Shown here: positions 1 to 10,789 of the stretch, one piece after another
How positions within the stretch are numbered: the first letter of the stretch is position 1
Layout of the letters: each line of letters begins with the position of its first letter
The notes under the pieces: generated by a model
What the model was told of the DNA's origin: nothing
Database searches by the model: none
The model's input: the letters and a program-made list of their open reading frames with translations, nothing else
IMG/VR virus record: IMGVR_UViG_2728369181_000010
From: a virus
Lineage: Duplodnaviria > Heunggongvirae > Uroviricota > Caudoviricetes
DNA length: 36,947 bases
Direction: 5' to 3' (one strand)
Translations under genes and position numbers: made by a program

Positions 1-258
1 ATGCAAACCGTTATTTTTGGTCGTCCGGGTTGCCCTTACTGTGTGCGTGCAAAAGATCTGGCCGAGAAATTGAGCAATGAGCGCGATGATTTCCAGTATC
101 AGTATGTAGATATTCGTGCGGAAGGGATCACTAAAGAAGATCTACAACAAAAGGCAGGTAAACCCGTAGAAACCGTGCCGCAGATTTTTGTCGATCAGCA
201 ACATATCGGCGGCTATACCGATTTTGCTGCATGGGTGAAAGAGAATCTGGACGCCTGA
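1..258 (+). CDS. grxA: Glutaredoxin 1
   Basis: 85-aa ORF starting with ATG at base 1; CPYC active-site motif (GRPGCPYCVRAK); sequence recognised as enterobacterial GrxA. Confidence 0.9.
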   Translation: MQTVIFGRPGCPYCVRAKDLAEKLSNERDDFQYQYVDIRAEGITKEDLQQKAGKPVETVPQIFVDQQHIGGYTDFAAWVKENLDA

Positions 259-287
259 TCGTCTGACAAGCCCTCGCGTTGAGGGCT

Positions 288-665
288 TTATTGATTTTTT
301 CTGTGCTGTGGTTTAAACAAACTACTGATAAATAAGAAACACAATGCCCCCAGCGCACACCAGAACACCGCACTTAATAACCATGCCAGCTCTTGCCAGA
401 ATGAGCGCGTCGGTGAAAAAAACAGCCGCATAATGAGCATCGAACAGGGTGCCGCCAGCATTGCGCCAAACAGAGGTTTCAGGACTTCTCTACGATGTGA
501 AAAGAAGCTGGCAACTGCACCAGGAAGAATGAAAAATAGCAAACCGATTTCAGGATGCCCGGCAGCCCGAAAAGCGCCTTTCATGTGCGTCGCCAGAAAA
601 AGACACACCACAATGAAGAGGACAAAACAGCAGATTGCCCCCGCCCAACGTTGTTTATGTTTCAC
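288..665 (-). CDS. ybjM: Inner membrane protein YbjM
   Basis: 125-aa hydrophobic ORF; expected length and position between grxA and ybjL as in E. coli. Confidence 0.75.
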   Translation of the reverse strand: MKHKQRWAGAICCFVLFIVVCLFLATHMKGAFRAAGHPEIGLLFFILPGAVASFFSHRREVLKPLFGAMLAAPCSMLIMRLFFSPTRSFWQELAWLLSAVFWCALGALCFLFISSLFKPQHRKNQ

Positions 666-934
666 TCGTTCCTCCTGACACTGCGTCTATCGAACACATT
701 TTTCGCCAGTGTGGCGTTCAGTAAGATAAAGCCGCTTCGCATTCCATGCTAATATAGGCCAACGCAATTCATATAGCCGTTGATACCTAATGTGATTACA
801 CTAGTAAAATATATTGTTACTTTACTATCGTTTAGGTGCGCTGAATGAATCTGCGCCCTGAATTCTGGTAAAAAACATTATCGTAAATTACCATTTCTTT
901 CAACAGCTTACTAGTAAACAAGAAGTTAGCCTCC

Positions 935-2620
935 GTGAATATAAACGTCGCCGAATTGTTAAATGGGAATTACATTCTGTTATTATTTGTGGTCCTCGCG
1001 CTTGGGCTATGTCTCGGGAAATTACGACTTGGTTCGATCCAACTGGGTAATTCCATTGGCGTTTTAGTCGTATCGCTGTTATTAGGCCAACAACATTTCA
1101 GCATTAACACCGACGCGCTTAATCTTGGCTTTATGCTGTTTATTTTCTGCGTCGGGGTCGAAGCCGGACCGAACTTTTTTTCCATTTTTTTTCGCGATGG
1201 GAAAAATTACCTAATGTTAGCACTGGTGATGGTTGGCAGTGCGCTGGTGATCGCCTTAGGGTTAGGTAAGCTGTTTGGCTGGGATATTGGCCTGACGGCC
1301 GGTATGTTAGCTGGCTCTATGACGTCGACACCGGTTCTGGTCGGTGCTGGCGATACACTGCGTCATTCCGGCATGGAAAGCAGGCAGCTCTCACTGGCAC
1401 TGGATAATCTGAGCCTCGGGTATGCCTTAACCTATTTAATCGGTCTGGTGAGTTTGATTGTTGGTGCGCGTTACTTGCCGAAATTGCAGCATCAGGACTT
1501 ACAGACCAGCGCCCAGCAAATCGCCCGCGAACGTGGCCTGGACACTGATGCCAACCGTAAGGTTTATTTACCGGTGATCCGCGCCTACCGCGTCGGCCCG
1601 GAGCTGGTGGCCTGGACCGACGGCAAAAATCTGCGTGAACTGGGTATTTATCGACAAACTGGCTGCTACATTGAACGTATTCGACGTAACGGGATTCTGG
1701 CGAATCCAGACGGTGATGCTGTGCTACAAATGGGAGATGAAATAGCGTTGGTAGGCTATCCCGACGCCCACGCACGACTCGATCCCAGCTTCCGTAACGG
1801 CAAAGAAGTTTTCGATCGTGACCTTCTCGACATGCGTATCGTCACTGAAGAAGTGGTCGTTAAAAACCATAACGCCGTGGGCAAACGTCTCGCACAACTG
1901 AAGTTGACCGATCACGGTTGCTTCCTTAACCGCGTCATTCGTAGCCAGATTGAGATGCCGATAGATGACAACGTCGTGCTTAACAAAGGTGACGTTTTAC
2001 AAGTCAGCGGCGATGCCCGTCGCGTAAAAACCATCGCCGATCGCATCGGCTTTATCTCGATTCACAGCCAGGTCACTGACTTGCTGGCATTCTGCGCCTT
2101 CTTTGTTATTGGGCTGATGATCGGGATGATCACCTTCCAGTTCAGCACATTCAGTTTCGGCATGGGGAACGCTGCCGGGTTGTTATTCGCCGGAATTATG
2201 CTGGGATTTATGCGCGCTAACCACCCGACCTTCGGTTACATTCCGCAGGGTGCATTAAGCATGGTGAAAGAGTTCGGCTTAATGGTGTTTATGGCAGGCG
2301 TTGGTCTGAGCGCCGGTAGCGGTATTAATAACGGCCTGGGCGCGATTGGCGGTCAGATGTTGATTGCCGGATTGATTGTCAGTCTTGTGCCAGTGGTTAT
2401 CTGTTTCTTGTTCGGTGCTTATGTATTGCGAATGAACCGCGCACTGTTGTTCGGCGCAATGATGGGCGCACGCACCTGCGCGCCGGCAATGGAGATCATC
2501 AGTGATACAGCTCGCAGTAACATCCCGGCGCTGGGCTATGCGGGCACCTATGCAATCGCCAACGTCCTGCTGACGCTGGCAGGGACAATCATCGTCATGG
2601 TATGGCCAGGATTAGGATAA
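935..2620 (+). CDS. ybjL: Putative AAE-family transporter YbjL (two TrkA-C domains)
   Basis: 561-aa ORF with GTG start ([11 protein letters not shown]...); membrane domains flanking a soluble central region; recognised as YbjL. Confidence 0.9.
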
Positions 2621-2733
2621 AACTGAAGTTGCCCTGAAAATGAAATTTTTTTGCACAACCGCAGAACTTTTCCGCAGGGCATCAGTCTTAATTAGTGCCA
2701 CTGCTTTTCTTTGATGTCCCCATTTTGTGGAGC

Positions 2734-2776
2734 CCATCAACCCCGCCATTTCGGTTCAAGGTTGATGGGTTTTTTG
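2734..2776 (+). terminator. Rho-independent terminator downstream of ybjL
   Basis: 10-bp stem cccatcaacc / ggttgatggg (2734-2743, 2760-2769) followed by TTTTTT at 2770-2775. Confidence 0.6.
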
Positions 2777-2855
2777 TTGCCTGAAATTTATGCCTTTTAA
2801 AATCATGATGTTAGAAGCACTGTTTTTTAACGATGGCGACAAAATGGCGGCAGCG

Positions 2856-3074
2856 TCAAAGAGAGAGCGCCACCTGTCCTGATTTCATTGGATGCGGCTG
2901 AACTGGATTCGACTCTTTTGGTGTTGCAATCGAACGAACAAAAGTTTCATGGGTAACAAAAGTATGGCTGCAGTTAATGTTCTGGCACTGGTTATAACGC
3001 TCTTTGGTCAATGAAGATACCTGAAAACTGCTGCGAGTATGGGCGGCACTTCCACACAGTGGGCAAATCATCAT
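2856..3074 (-). CDS. ogr: Ogr/B-family zinc-finger late-gene transcription activator
   Basis: 72-aa product from ATG at 3074; CPLC...CQNINC zinc-finger pattern like P2 Ogr / 186 B; lies immediately downstream of gene D as in P2. ORF-track start at 3107 is over-extended. Confidence 0.85.
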   Translation of the reverse strand: MMICPLCGSAAHTRSSFQVSSLTKERYNQCQNINCSHTFVTHETFVRSIATPKESNPVQPHPMKSGQVALSL

Positions 3075-3164
3075 TTTTCGAGTTCTCCCCATTTTTGCTA
3101 AATTCACAATAATGATACCGTATTATTCCGTTTTGCAAACTTAAAAGTTCTCCATTGCGAAGAA

Positions 3165-4265
3165 TCATTCCATTTCGAAATCATCAATCCTCACTTCAAG
3201 CTCCAGACTGGTCGTAAAACCGTTATCCGGGCTGACGGTATGTGTCAGGGTGGTAATGGTCCATTCCGCATCATCTATCGGCTGTTTAAAGCCGCTGACC
3301 TTCACAGGCATTTCCGTGTAGAGATCCGCCTGACCTTCCGCCAGTTGTAGCGAGAATGACGCAACACCGCGTTGCAGGCGTTCCCACTGCATTTTCGCTG
3401 CCCGTTCGGCGTTACTCCGATTAGCATAGGTGCGATTAAGTACCAACACGTTTTCATCCGTACCCACCAGGTAATCGCCCTGCTTCGCTTCCGGCTCTTT
3501 CTTCTGCTTCTTAGTCTTGCGCTTACGCTTCACCGTAGTGCTTTCTTTCTTCGCGGGTTCGCGGGTATGCAACCAGCTGGCAATTACGCCCGTGTAAGCT
3601 CCGCGATCTGCCAGGGTAAAGCGGTGACTGTCGCCGTCCTTACGTGTGATAGTGATAACCGGTAGTGGTTTACCACTGGCGCTTTTACCCTGCCCCTGCC
3701 TGATGAATAACAGATTGCCATTTTTCATCGACGCAATAGCACCGTACTGTCGCGCCAGCCGCATCAGAAAACTGCCGTCACTCTCATTGGTCTGGTCTAT
3801 ATGTTCCACGGGTTTATCTGACAGGTCTTTACCCAATGCCATCTTCAGTTTGTGCCGCGCAGCTATTTCCTTCACCACTTCCCCAACGGTGGTCTTGTGC
3901 CACGACTTTTCACGGCGGGTATTCAGTGTTTCACGAAAATCAGCACTTCGCGCCCGGATAGTCAGGCGGTCCGGTGCGCCAGTGTGTTCAATCTCGTCCA
4001 CTGTGAATGCCCCTTTCGGGAAAAGCGGCTGCCCCTTCCAGCCCAGCGCCAGCGTAATGACCGCACCACGGCGCGGCAGCGCTATTTTTCCATCGGCGTC
4101 ATCCAGCTCCAGATCAAGCTGGTCCGCTTCAAAGCCCCGGTTATCCGTCAGCGTCAGACTCATCAGGCGGTTATCCAGCACAGTGGTGATATCCCTGCCC
4201 TCAATACTGATACTGAATGCCGGAGTTTTGTTGCCTTTGTTAAGCAGCTCAGAGCTGAAATTCAC
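3165..4265 (-). CDS. D: Tail protein D (late control gene D)
   Basis: 366-aa ORF recognised as P2 gpD; position after U. Confidence 0.85.
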   Translation of the reverse strand: MNFSSELLNKGNKTPAFSISIEGRDITTVLDNRLMSLTLTDNRGFEADQLDLELDDADGKIALPRRGAVITLALGWKGQPLFPKGAFTVDEIEHTGAPDRLTIRARSADFRETLNTRREKSWHKTTVGEVVKEIAARHKLKMALGKDLSDKPVEHIDQTNESDGSFLMRLARQYGAIASMKNGNLLFIRQGQGKSASGKPLPVITITRKDGDSHRFTLADRGAYTGVIASWLHTREPAKKESTTVKRKRKTKKQKKEPEAKQGDYLVGTDENVLVLNRTYANRSNAERAAKMQWERLQRGVASFSLQLAEGQADLYTEMPVKVSGFKQPIDDAEWTITTLTHTVSPDNGFTTSLELEVRIDDFEME

Positions 4266-4747
4266 GACAGCAGCCCTCCCACCGTTTTACTGATATCGCT
4301 TAAGGCAGATGTTGCCGTTTCCTGCAGATTATTCAGTTGCGCACTGAGATCACCGAACATATCGGACAGGGATTCATCCACCCGTTTGAGCGACAGAGTG
4401 AACTCAATCCGGCGCGGCATACCATCGCGGAAAAACTCCGTTTTAGTCTGATTCAGTCCCTCAATGACATACATGCCGTAAATCGTGCCGCTGCCTTCAA
4501 TCAGGGGCCATGCTTTCCCCTGTTCTGCCATCTGCTCCAGTGCCAGCAACGACAGCCTGCCGCCTGTTATCTCCGGCATAAGAACACCGGAAAGCGTCAG
4601 CATGTCGTTTTCCGGTCCCAGAAACTGCGTGGACGGACGACGATTTACCCGGCTGTTTGCCGCATGTCGCCAACTGCGCTGATACTGCAGTTCCTGATAC
4701 GGCACAGTGCGCAGCATAAACACGTACAATCCCAGCACCATCATCAT
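4262..4747 (-). CDS. U: Tail protein U
   Basis: 161-aa ORF, P2 gpU-like; ATGA-type overlap with D. Confidence 0.8.
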   Translation of the reverse strand: MMMVLGLYVFMLRTVPYQELQYQRSWRHAANSRVNRRPSTQFLGPENDMLTLSGVLMPEITGGRLSLLALEQMAEQGKAWPLIEGSGTIYGMYVIEGLNQTKTEFFRDGMPRRIEFTLSLKRVDESLSDMFGDLSAQLNNLQETATSALSDISKTVGGLLS

Positions 4748-7700
4748 GCGTCGTATCCCCCCTGATCGCTGTAGTTACTCCTGGCTTTTGCCTTCAGCCT
4801 GCGTTCACGTTCATCAAGCTGGCGGGCCACCTCCCGCGCAATATCCTGCGCACTTTGTCCTGGCTGCGTCTGAATGATGATCTGCGTCGGTGCCTCAAGC
4901 CGTTGAACGGGCGGCACAGTGGCGGCAGGACTCACCATCGCTTCGCCGCCTTTCGCGGGAAGTGCCAAAGGATGTAACGGTGGAAGCTCTGCAGGTGCGG
5001 CAGCAACGCCCATCATTCCGGCAACAACGGCAGCCAGTGCAGCGGTATTTCTCCGGCTGGTCACATTTGCCGGGCCGTTAACAATTTCCGGCCNNNNNNN
5101 NNNNNNNNNNNNNNNNNNNNNNNNNNNNNNNNNNNNNNNNNNNNNNNNTTCACCGACGATGCCAAACTGCCCGCGCGGGATATAGCCGCCGCTGTCATAC
5201 ATCCCCGCAAAGCCATATCCCCATGACGGAAAACCACCCGATGGCATCATCACTTTACCGTCAGCATTCACCGTCGCAGGTTGCTGACGCGTCACGCTTT
5301 CCGGCAGTTTCGCCTTTGCAGCCTCTTTACTGACAATGCCGAGTTTATCCAGCAACCAGGAAACGCCGGATTTCAGGGAGTCCAGCGGATGCATGACCAT
5401 ATTCAGCCCTTCCGCCAGAGCCTCCCCGAATCGTCGCCCCATTGCCGCTGCGCTCTGCAGTTCGGCAGAGGTCGACTTAACGGGCGTCAGCAGATCAGTA
5501 AACCAGCCCCACAACGCCTGCACTTTGTCGCCAATCCACTGAAACACAGGCTTAAGTGGTTCGAATGCTGCACTGATGGGACCTGCCGCCGCTTTGAATC
5601 CTTCCACCACACCAGCGAGAAATGCGGTGATGGGTTGCCAGTATTTCCAGACAACCAGCGCCACGCCCGCCAGTGCAGTAACCACAAGACCTATCGGACT
5701 GAGCAGAGCACCTAACAGACCAGATATGGCATACAGGGCAACGCGCAGCATCGCCAGCGGACCGGATGCCAGTACTCGCAGCACCGCGCCTGCGGCAGCC
5801 AGTCCACCTCGTAGTGCTGCCAGTGGATTCATAAACATCACAGCAACAGCACGTAAACCGGATAATCCAGACCGCAACAGTGCAACCGGCACACCTGCTA
5901 CAGTTTTCAGGACATTCCCCGTCAGTGATGCCGTGCGGCGCAAAGACGACAACGGCGCAGTAAGTAAACCCGCTGCGTTGCCCGATGAAGCAAGCCCGCG
6001 TCGCAGCAGTGCCAGTGGAGCGCCAGCTAACCAGGACAACGCGCTGCTGGTTCGTGTTACTGCTGCCGTAACGGAAGGTAACGTTTTGATACCCAGCACA
6101 GAGAATCCCAGACGGATCACTGCCAGCGGCCCCAGCACTGCAGCCAGCGCCACCGCTAAGGTGCCGAGGCTTACGGTAACCGCAGCCACAACAGCCGCTA
6201 CTTTCATCAGTGTGCCTGTCAGTTCTGGGTTAGCTTCCACCCAGCGGCGCAACGCCCCCGTGATGCTTTTCACCGTGTACAGAATATCCATCAGCGGCTG
6301 GCGCAGCGTTTCGCCCAGGCTGCTGAAGGTGTTCTGCGCTCCGGTTTTGACCAGCAACCACTGAGCAGAAAGTGAGTCTTTGTTGATGTCGGATTCTTTC
6401 TGCATGGAACCGAGCGCATCATTGCCCGCTGTCAGTTTTAGCTGGCGCTGCAGTTCCGGCAGGTTGTTTGCCAGTTTCGCCGCGTCATCACCAAACTCTT
6501 TACCAAACAACATGGTCATGGCAGACAGACGCTTGTCCTGCGGCAGTGCGTTCACCTTCTCCAGCACACGCTGGATAGTTCCCATCGCATCCTTCGTCAT
6601 CTGCTTTTCAATCACTTCAGGATTGAGTTTCAGCAGATTCATCCCTTCAAAGAAACTCTTGCTTTGCATGGTGGCAATGGACAATTCACGCACCATCGCG
6701 TTTGCTGCACTGGCTGCAACCTCCGGCGCAGCGCCCAGTGTCAGAAAGGTGGAACCCAGTGCCGCCGCTTTACGATAATCCAGACGGTCAGCCACACCGC
6801 CCAGACGTTGCATCACATCAATGATGTCCGCCCCTTTCGACATGGCGTTATCATCCAGATAGTTCAGCGCATCGCCGAGCTGTTCAATATTGCGGGTAGG
6901 TATTTTGTAGAGCTGGGCGATTTTCCCCAGACTTTCTGACAGTTCATCCGCTGGCAGCTCAAAGGCTGTTGCCGCCTTTGCTGCCGTACTGGCGAAGGCC
7001 AGCAGGTCACGTTTCTGGTCTTCCCAGCTGTCGTCAGGGTTTGCGACGTTCATGCGCGCACCACCTTCAACCAGTGCAGCGAAGTCCACCGCACCGTTTT
7101 CCATCGGCAACTGTTCGCTGGCAGCCTTGATGGCATCCTGCATTTCATAAAAACGTGCAGTGCGGTTGCCATTATCGTCACGCAGACCATTGACCTGCTT
7201 TGCCACACCTTTCATGGCATCTTCCATGCTGGTATAGCTTTTTACTGCCGCCATCACTGGCGCACCCATTGCCAGCCCTGCAGCCGTGGTAGTGGCTCCG
7301 GCTCCTGCAATACGGTCGCGCACCTCCAGCGAACGGGCATAACTGGCACGCGCCGCATTCATCCTGCGCTGAGCTTCACCCAGTCGCTTCAGCCGCGCCT
7401 CCTGTTTCGACAATTCCTGGTTATAACGTGATGTTTCACGGGCTAAACGGGCAGTTGCTCCCGCATCATCTTTCGCAGAAATTCCCGCCCGGTACAGTTC
7501 TGCACGCACAAGCGCCGTTTGCTTCTGCAAATATTTTTGTTGTTCTTCCAGGCGTTGGACTGCCAGCGTTTGCCGACCTAAAGCCACAAGGTGCCGTTGT
7601 GATGGTTGTTCCATCGCCTCCAGCTCAGAGCTAAGCAAATTAGCCTTCTGTCTGGCATAGTTCAGCCTGTCGCCTAACTTCTTGTTATCGGCCTGCAGCT

Positions 7701-7872
7701 TGCGAAATTTTTCCAGGCTGTTACCCGCCTGATTGAGTTGCTTTAATGCGTCACGGGAGTTTCTGATTGCACCAGCCAGCTCTTTCGAACTGGCCTGTGC
7801 AGCACGGAATGGGCGGGTGAGTTTGTCAACCGCATTAAGAATGACCTGCAGGCGCAGGTTGTTATCACTCAT
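4744..7872 (-). CDS. T: Tail tape-measure protein T
   Basis: 1042-aa ORF, ATG at 7872; coiled-coil rich N-terminus and Ala/Gly/Leu-rich hydrophobic middle typical of tape-measure proteins; interrupted by N-run 5094-5148, so length is approximate. Confidence 0.85.
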   Translation of the reverse strand: MSDNNLRLQVILNAVDKLTRPFRAAQASSKELAGAIRNSRDALKQLNQAGNSLEKFRKLQADNKKLGDRLNYARQKANLLSSELEAMEQPSQRHLVALGRQTLAVQRLEEQQKYLQKQTALVRAELYRAGISAKDDAGATARLARETSRYNQELSKQEARLKRLGEAQRRMNAARASYARSLEVRDRIAGAGATTTAAGLAMGAPVMAAVKSYTSMEDAMKGVAKQVNGLRDDNGNRTARFYEMQDAIKAASEQLPMENGAVDFAALVEGGARMNVANPDDSWEDQKRDLLAFASTAAKAATAFELPADELSESLGKIAQLYKIPTRNIEQLGDALNYLDDNAMSKGADIIDVMQRLGGVADRLDYRKAAALGSTFLTLGAAPEVAASAANAMVRELSIATMQSKSFFEGMNLLKLNPEVIEKQMTKDAMGTIQRVLEKVNALPQDKRLSAMTMLFGKEFGDDAAKLANNLPELQRQLKLTAGNDALGSMQKESDINKDSLSAQWLLVKTGAQNTFSSLGETLRQPLMDILYTVKSITGALRRWVEANPELTGTLMKVAAVVAAVTVSLGTLAVALAAVLGPLAVIRLGFSVLGIKTLPSVTAAVTRTSSALSWLAGAPLALLRRGLASSGNAAGLLTAPLSSLRRTASLTGNVLKTVAGVPVALLRSGLSGLRAVAVMFMNPLAALRGGLAAAGAVLRVLASGPLAMLRVALYAISGLLGALLSPIGLVVTALAGVALVVWKYWQPITAFLAGVVEGFKAAAGPISAAFEPLKPVFQWIGDKVQALWGWFTDLLTPVKSTSAELQSAAAMGRRFGEALAEGLNMVMHPLDSLKSGVSWLLDKLGIVSKEAAKAKLPESVTRQQPATVNADGKVMMPSGGFPSWGYGFAGMYDSGGYIPRGQFGIVGEXXXXXXXXXXXXXXXXXXXPEIVNGPANVTSRRNTAALAAVVAGMMGVAAAPAELPPLHPLALPAKGGEAMVSPAATVPPVQRLEAPTQIIIQTQPGQSAQDIAREVARQLDERERRLKAKARSNYSDQGGYDA

Positions 7873-7998
7873 CGTTGGCCCCGCTTCTCTGAATCGCTTT
7901 ATACCGCCATTCCAGCACTTCGGTCAGCGGCATAACGTCAGTAACGGATGGCGGCCAGTGAAAAATGGTGGCGATATCTGCCACCAGATCGTCAACCG

Positions 7999-8301
7999 TC
8001 AGGCTGTCGGTAAACCGGCAAGCACCGACTTCTTCAACAAAAAAGTGACAACCTCAACCGACATGGCTGTGAGATCTGCCGGGTCCATCTCTGCGATTTC
8101 CTGTGCGGTCAGTGCCGGACTGGAGATGCGGGGGATCACGGTCATCATCGCGTTCACATCCATATCCATAATGGCCTGCAGGCGTGTGCCGCGCAGCGCA
8201 CCAGACTGCGGTTTACGCAACACAATTTCGGTAATTTCTGTTTTACCGCGCATGATGGGGGTATCCAGTTGAATGGTCTTTTCAGTCTGTTTATCGCTCA
8301 T
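7999..8301 (-). CDS. E: Tail assembly chaperone E (E+E' by programmed -1 frameshift)
   Basis: 100-aa ORF between FII and T; minus-strand TTTTTTG slippery heptamer at 8044-8038 near its 3' end, as in P2 E/E'. Confidence 0.8.
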   Translation of the reverse strand: MSDKQTEKTIQLDTPIMRGKTEITEIVLRKPQSGALRGTRLQAIMDMDVNAMMTVIPRISSPALTAQEIAEMDPADLTAMSVEVVTFLLKKSVLAGLPTA

Positions 8302-8355
8302 TTTGTTGTCCTGTAAATTAGGTTCTGGCGCGGCATTCCGCGCCGTTCAGATACA

Positions 8356-8871
8356 TCAGAGGCCGAGGGCGTTGCGGTGCGCTTCCATCAGGTCCACACC
8401 GTCCACAATTTCCACCATGTTGATAAGGTCCACTTCATAGAGCACCTCACCATTGATGGTCAGCTTCGCGTAGCTGTTGGTACTGGTCACTTTGGTGGTG
8501 TTGCTTTCGCCCGTCTTCCACTCGCCGGAATCCACTTCTTTGTGACGCCCACGCACCACAAGCTCCACGGCCTGCACTTCTCCGGTATCATCACGCTGGA
8601 TAGAGCCGGTAAAGCGCAACTGGATACCATCCACCGTGGCTTTGCCCATTTGCTTAAACAGCAGCAGCTCAGTACCACCAATGGAAAATTCTGTATCCAG
8701 TGCACTGTCATCCAGTCCCAAATCCACATCCACCGACCCCGGCATACCGCCGCCGCGATACTTCTCATATTTGCGGGTGAATTTCGGCAGCGTCAGCGAC
8801 TCAACGATCCCCTGCCAGTTGTTCCCGTCGTTAAACAAGTTCAGATGTTTTAATTTGCGTGGTAAAGCCAT
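8356..8871 (-). CDS. FII: Tail tube protein FII
   Basis: 171-aa ORF; P2 gpFII-like; position downstream of FI. Confidence 0.85.
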   Translation of the reverse strand: MALPRKLKHLNLFNDGNNWQGIVESLTLPKFTRKYEKYRGGGMPGSVDVDLGLDDSALDTEFSIGGTELLLFKQMGKATVDGIQLRFTGSIQRDDTGEVQAVELVVRGRHKEVDSGEWKTGESNTTKVTSTNSYAKLTINGEVLYEVDLINMVEIVDGVDLMEAHRNALGL

Positions 8872-8880
8872 GTTGTCCCC

Positions 8881-10053
8881 TTACGCGCTGACCTGGCTGG
8901 CGAAATTCACCAGGTACTGATCGGTGATGCGCTGGCGCAGCATCAGATTTTCAAGTGGCGGCACTGGCGTGTAGTCATAGTCGATGGTGAGTTTTCCGGC
9001 TTTCAGCGTGTCTTTGTCGTTCACCGACTCATCCAGCCAGCAATCACCACCAATGAGATAGCCCTGACTGACCAGGTTGCGCATTTTGGCGCGGATACCT
9101 TCGATAATGTCGCGGGCCAGCGACGGGTTCAGCGGTTTGTCCACCGCCCACATATGTGCTTCTGCCATTGTGTCCATCAGTACCTGCGCTGTGCGGGTGT
9201 AGTTTTCGAAGGCAAAAAGCGGATCATCGCTCAGACAGCGGGAACCCCAGAAGCGGAAACCATCCTTGCGCACAAGCGTGGTGACGTCGTTCTGGTTAAG
9301 CAGTCCCGCATCGGTTGCCGGGTCCTGCAGATCCCAGAACACATCAGCAGAAATTCCGGTGACACCGTTCACGCCCACGTTGGACAGGCTTTTGTGCCAC
9401 CCGGTCTGCTCATCAATTTTGGCACGCAGACCAAGCGCACGGGCGGTGGCATATGCCGTTGCTTCGGCATTCAGCACCGTGTCCCAGCCAGTAAAGTCGG
9501 GCCAGATCAGCATCCCTTCGCGCTGGCTGAAGTTTTCACGGTAAGTGATTGCCTCCTGCACAGTCTTGCAGCCATACGCTGACAGGTAAGCAAACCCACG
9601 CAGGCTTTGCGCCACACTCAGCAACTCAGTAGCAACGGTTTTGTTATCGTGACCTGGCACGCCGAGAATGCGCGGTTTAACGCCGAGCTGTGCCTGTGCA
9701 GATAACAGGGCTTTCATGCCAGTTTTTTTACCTTCAGCGGTCACTGCGCCGATGATATTGGTCGTGGTTTCTTCTTCCGTTTCACCCTGCGGCACACGCA
9801 CAACAACGGTCACGGGTTTTGCCTGGTCAGAGATGGCATCCAGCGAACGGGCCAGCGTGCCGGACTCACCCGCTTTACCGCTGGCAGTCAGCACATCAGT
9901 GATCAGCACGGGTTTATTAAGAGGAAACATTTTTGCATCGGCATCATCGCCCGTGCAGACCATACCCACGATGGCGGTGCTCACCGTGGTAATGGATCGG
10001 GTGCCTTCGTTGACTTCAACAACGCGCACCCCGTGGTGGTAATCCTGAGCCAT
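8881..10053 (-). CDS. FI: Contractile tail sheath protein FI
   Basis: 390-aa ORF, ATG at 10053; P2 gpFI-like sheath protein. Confidence 0.9.
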   Translation of the reverse strand: MAQDYHHGVRVVEVNEGTRSITTVSTAIVGMVCTGDDADAKMFPLNKPVLITDVLTASGKAGESGTLARSLDAISDQAKPVTVVVRVPQGETEEETTTNIIGAVTAEGKKTGMKALLSAQAQLGVKPRILGVPGHDNKTVATELLSVAQSLRGFAYLSAYGCKTVQEAITYRENFSQREGMLIWPDFTGWDTVLNAEATAYATARALGLRAKIDEQTGWHKSLSNVGVNGVTGISADVFWDLQDPATDAGLLNQNDVTTLVRKDGFRFWGSRCLSDDPLFAFENYTRTAQVLMDTMAEAHMWAVDKPLNPSLARDIIEGIRAKMRNLVSQGYLIGGDCWLDESVNDKDTLKAGKLTIDYDYTPVPPLENLMLRQRITDQYLVNFASQVSA

Positions 10054-10195
10054 AGTGGCGAACCTCCTGATTGGATTAGGCTTCGCCCTATGTTGAAGTG
10101 ATTGTGCCTGACAAACAGCTAAGCGCAGTTGTACCGTTATTCATACAAAATGACGGTATTTGTCTGCTTGCAGGGATAATCAACATAATGCTGAT

Positions 10196-10768
10196 TCAGG
10201 GGGATTCATTGCTCTTATTTGCCGGAAATTTTCTATAAATTGTGGAAACACCCACATCAAAAATCAGTGCAATACGCTGTCTTGATTCTCCGGCCTCGAG
10301 TAAACGTCCAATCTGTGCCCACTGTTCGGTGGTCAACTTAGGACGGCGTCCACCTACTCTGCCTTTAGCACGAGCTGCAGCCAGCCCCGCCCTGGTACGT
10401 TCAACTATCAGTTCGCGTTCCATTTCAGCCAGGGCACCCATGACATGAAAAAAGAAACGGCCCATTGGGGTACTGGTATCAATACTGTCAGTCAGGCTTC
10501 GGAAATTCACACCACGCTGGCGCAACTCTTCTATCAGCGTAACAAGATGCCGCATACTGCGCCCCAACCTGTCCAGCTTCCAGACAACCAGCGTGTCTCC
10601 TGCCAATAGTGTCCTGAGCAGTTTTTTAAGCCCCGGTCTGTCGGACTTAGTGCCACTGATTTTGTCCTCAAAAATCCGCTCACATCCCGCGCAGTTCAGC
10701 GCATTACGTTGCAAATCGGGGTTCTGGTCATTTGTTGACACGCGTACATAGCCAATAAGCATGATCAT
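10196..10768 (-). CDS. Serine-recombinase DNA invertase (Hin/Gin/Cin/Pin family)
   Basis: 190-aa ORF; N-terminus MLIGYVRVSTNDQNPDLQ with catalytic Ser motif and C-terminal HTH, closely resembling Gin/Hin; adjacent to the invertible tail-fibre segment. Confidence 0.9.
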   Translation of the reverse strand: MIMLIGYVRVSTNDQNPDLQRNALNCAGCERIFEDKISGTKSDRPGLKKLLRTLLAGDTLVVWKLDRLGRSMRHLVTLIEELRQRGVNFRSLTDSIDTSTPMGRFFFHVMGALAEMERELIVERTRAGLAAARAKGRVGGRRPKLTTEQWAQIGRLLEAGESRQRIALIFDVGVSTIYRKFPANKSNESP

Positions 10769-10789
10769 CTCCCTGAATAAAAATAGGGG

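Noticed and set aside
2621-2855. Possible tRNA or tmRNA integration target at the prophage junction
   Set aside because: No cloverleaf-compatible sequence or conserved tRNA motif (GTTC...CCA) seen by eye; the region looks like an ordinary intergenic spacer with a terminator.
5094-5148. N-runs considered as possible biological repeats or CRISPR-like spacers
   Set aside because: They are ambiguity characters, not sequence; no direct-repeat/spacer periodicity was seen anywhere in the window.
5576-6364. 262-aa plus-strand ORF inside tape-measure gene T, with similar long ORFs at 3646-4293 inside D, 12703-13380 inside H and 21646-22308 inside N
   Set aside because: These are antisense shadow ORFs within well-supported GC-rich structural genes; they lack ribosome-binding sites and have low-complexity Ala/Arg/Pro-rich translations.
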